From assembly GCA_964106645.2 (NCBI GenBank), contig OZ067040.1: a stretch of DNA of 64,000 nucleotides. One strand, 5' to 3'. Below are positions 61,455 through 64,000 of this stretch, piece by piece. The position numbers and the translations under genes are program-made. This DNA comes from Podarcis pityusensis. Lineage: Eukaryota. The number at the start of each line of letters is the position of its first letter. Positions within the stretch are counted from its first letter, which is position 1. The notes beneath the pieces are model-generated. The model made no database searches. It had not been told where the DNA came from and worked only from the letters and a program-made list of their open reading frames with translations.

Positions 61455-62205
61455 GTGGTTCCACTTCATAGTTCACACTCAGGGGCTCATTCCCCTCAGA
61501 TTTAAAGTAACATTGGTGAGACACTACTCCCCCCACCTCACATTAGTGTAAGCAGATGTTCATTTTTCTGAATCAATCATTGAAATAACCATGAATCATG
61601 AACTGAACTATGTGAGCAATCACAAATAAGGAAATTGTCTTGATATTTTTTATTTAGGTGAGTGTGTGTTGTTCATGCGTGCAGCACAGTGCAAGGGAGT
61701 AAGTTCCAAAACCATTGCCAGACCAAAATAGTAGGCCTGGTGTGCAATTCAAGCTCTGCCAGTCAGACAGATAGGCTTTAGTCATTATTAGACCACTGGT
61801 TTACTGTCTCTCTCTCTCTCTCTTTTTAAATATAGAGACAAGAGTCTGAATGAGCCACCTTAGGGCATAGGTTGCCTTGTCTCTCTTTGGGCTGTAGACA
61901 GGGAACAAGTCTCTCCCACACAATGAGCAGGTGATGTGGGTTGCTTTTTTTACAAAGCAGCTATTGTTGTGAAAGTGTGGAAGAGGAGCACATAGGCATC
62001 CAGGAATCTGTAATAATTATGGAGCCAATCTGAATGGATGATAAACATTCAGTCTCTCACATCCAGGCAAGGAAGCTAATGTAAATAGTTGGGGGGGGGG
62101 CATTGAGGGTGAAATACAATGGATGTTGACAAATCAGCTTTGTCTGGAGATTGGCTAACCGAAACCTTGTTTTCTACATCAGCAAGTAGTAATAAAGTTG
62201 ACAGT

Positions 62206-62348
62206 GTTGCATGAGCTCACTTGGTAGAGACTGAGCTTCTTAATCTCAAGGTGATGGGTTCCAGCCCCATGTTGGGCAAAGATTCCTGCATTGTAGGGGG
62301 TTGGACTAGAGACGATCCTTCCAACTCTACAATATTATGATTCTATGA
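62206..62348 (+). mobile_element. tRNA-Lys(CTT)-derived SINE with CR1-type tail (Squam2-like)
   Basis: The head AGCTCACTTGGTAGAGACTGAGCTTCTTAATCTCAAGGTGATGGGTTCCAGCCCCATGTTGGGCA resembles tRNA-Lys. The tail GGGTTGGACTAGA...CCTTCCAACTCTA...GATTCTATGA is a CR1 3' end. Confidence 0.8.
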
Positions 62349-62460
62349 CTGGACTTAAGGTTTTCCACTGAATAAAAAATGATGAACAATAGTTTAAGAT
62401 GAAAAGAGATGTAAGGGCCCTTAAAACAGTAGATTTAGATAAAATGTCATTACTTTAAAG

Positions 62461-62507
<47 letters not shown>

Positions 62508-62510
62508 AAA
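62461..62510. repeat. (AAAG)n microsatellite
   Basis: Seen directly. Confidence 0.95.
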
Positions 62511-63401
62511 TCACTTTAAAGCCTAGAGTTCATCATTTCACTATCAGGCTTTTTCACATGCATATTATTTAATTGTTAGCTTCCATTTGTGTGCATCCTT
62601 GTTTCAAATAACTTGTATGCCTCTCCTTCCATATGCAACCTATAGTTCAAGGTAGCTTATAAAAAAGAATCATACATATTATTTTTGTTCATATTTTGTT
62701 GACTTAGAATTAGAAACGCAAATGAATTTTTTTTTAAAAAAGAAAGAACCATAAATAAAACTGAAAACCACGATAACCAAATAGTTAAGACAGCAACATT
62801 AAAAATGTAGCATTTCCAAACAAAGCTCCAATCAGTGAGCACTACAGGCAATGTAGCAAATTGAGATGAAGTATTCTGCATAATCATGTTTAAGGACATA
62901 CTCCAGCCAGGCAAAAGCACTAAATGAAGGTGTTGAACAGTGGCAATGAGGGGTATGGTCCAGGGGGAGCACAATCTGGAAAGAGTCTTAAGGCCTCAGG
63001 TTTCATTGATATAGTCCTTTGAAAGTCAAAACTAACACTGTGTCTGGAAACAAATAGGGCATGTGCGATTTCCCCCCTCAATTCTTGCTCCAAGCTACCA
63101 CATTTTGACCAAGCAGAAGTTTCCAAACCCTTGTTTATTATATTTTCATTTTGTTTCTGTTCCGCCCTTATTCTGTCATGAAACTCAACACGATGAGCAT
63201 GTGATTCCCAGGTAGTCACACATCCAGGTACTGACCAAACCTCCTTAACATCATCAAAGTCGCGGCTTCATGTGCCTTCTGGCCACATTGCAGTTGTTGT
63301 GATGTAATTAAGGCCTATGTTACCATAGCCAAATCTGCCCTGTCCAGAAATTGATCTAGCTGACATACGAGTCTAAGCTTGGAAATCCCACTGTTCCCCC
63401 T

Positions 63402-63429
63402 CAGCCGCAGCCGCAGCCGCAGCCGCAGC
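63402..63429. repeat. (CAGCCG)4 hexanucleotide repeat
   Basis: Seen directly. Confidence 0.9.
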
Positions 63430-64000
63430 TGTCATTTGAACATCCAAAGTCAGAGCCAAGACCAGGGGAAATTCAGATTTCAAGGCAAATGCTACTCCAT
63501 CCAGTATTCAGAATATGATTGCCACTGATGTCCCTTAATAAAAATAGGGCTTTTGAAATGTCTATTCTTCTCCTATTAAAAAATAAAGAATTCGTTGAAT
63601 CAGGCTTTGGCCCATCTACTCCAACACTGTTTCCTTCTCCCGTGGCTATTAGGCCATATCTCCCTATCTCCTAACATCTGGTAGTGAGTGATAATACTGT
63701 TGCCTGTGAACATGGAATTTTTGCTTTATCTGGATAAAGTGTTATTTATGATAGAACCTGAATAGGCATATTAATGGGCTAGAGAAGCTTCATATGAATA
63801 ACTATCATTATTACTATTATTATTTATTGAATTTATATCCTGCCATTCTGAAGGAGCCCATTAAAAAGAGTTGTCATTGCATTGGAACATGAAAATAGAA
63901 ATAAAAATGGAAACTTTACACATGTTTATTAACAAAGAAATGTATTGGCAATCAGGAAGACCTGTTAGAAAATAGGTGTGGATGGTACGTGTGTATGAAT

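Larger units (their letters stand above)
1..64000 (+). other. MACROD2: Probable large intron of the host gene MACROD2, with FLRT3 nested antisense
   Basis: Inference from known vertebrate synteny. No other exons or long ORFs occur in 64 kb, and no MACROD2 exon was seen directly. Confidence 0.6.

Noticed and set aside
62206-62278. tRNA-Lys-like sequence as a tRNA gene
   Set aside because: The B box and stems are mutated and it is fused to a CR1-type tail, so it is a SINE head.

Overview
Vertebrate genomic DNA, AT-rich and CpG-depleted. The Sauria SINEs, Squam-type SINEs, BovB and CR1 fragments point to a squamate, probably a lacertid lizard. The only supportable protein-coding gene is FLRT3 on the minus strand: a single coding exon with true ATG at 12718, 649 aa, and a 3' UTR running to about 9590. 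A probable non-coding first exon and promoter lies at about 22.2-22.7 kb. By known vertebrate synteny the window probably lies inside a very large MACROD2 intron on the plus strand, but no MACROD2 exon was found. The rest is non-coding DNA with many transposable elements: Tc1/mariner and hAT MITEs with recognisable TSDs, SINEs, L1/L2/CR1/RTE/Penelope fragments, solo LTRs and microsatellites. The best leads are: candidate recursive splice sites on the host strand, a perfect DR2 plus DR1 nuclear-receptor cluster, a uORF whose stop codon forms at a splice junction, a promoter CTCF motif, a Tc2-like shell carrying different hairpin cargos, and a solo LTR with a decayed acidic Trp-rich reading frame. 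All are hypotheses from reading the sequence by eye. I found no clear-cut new biological system.
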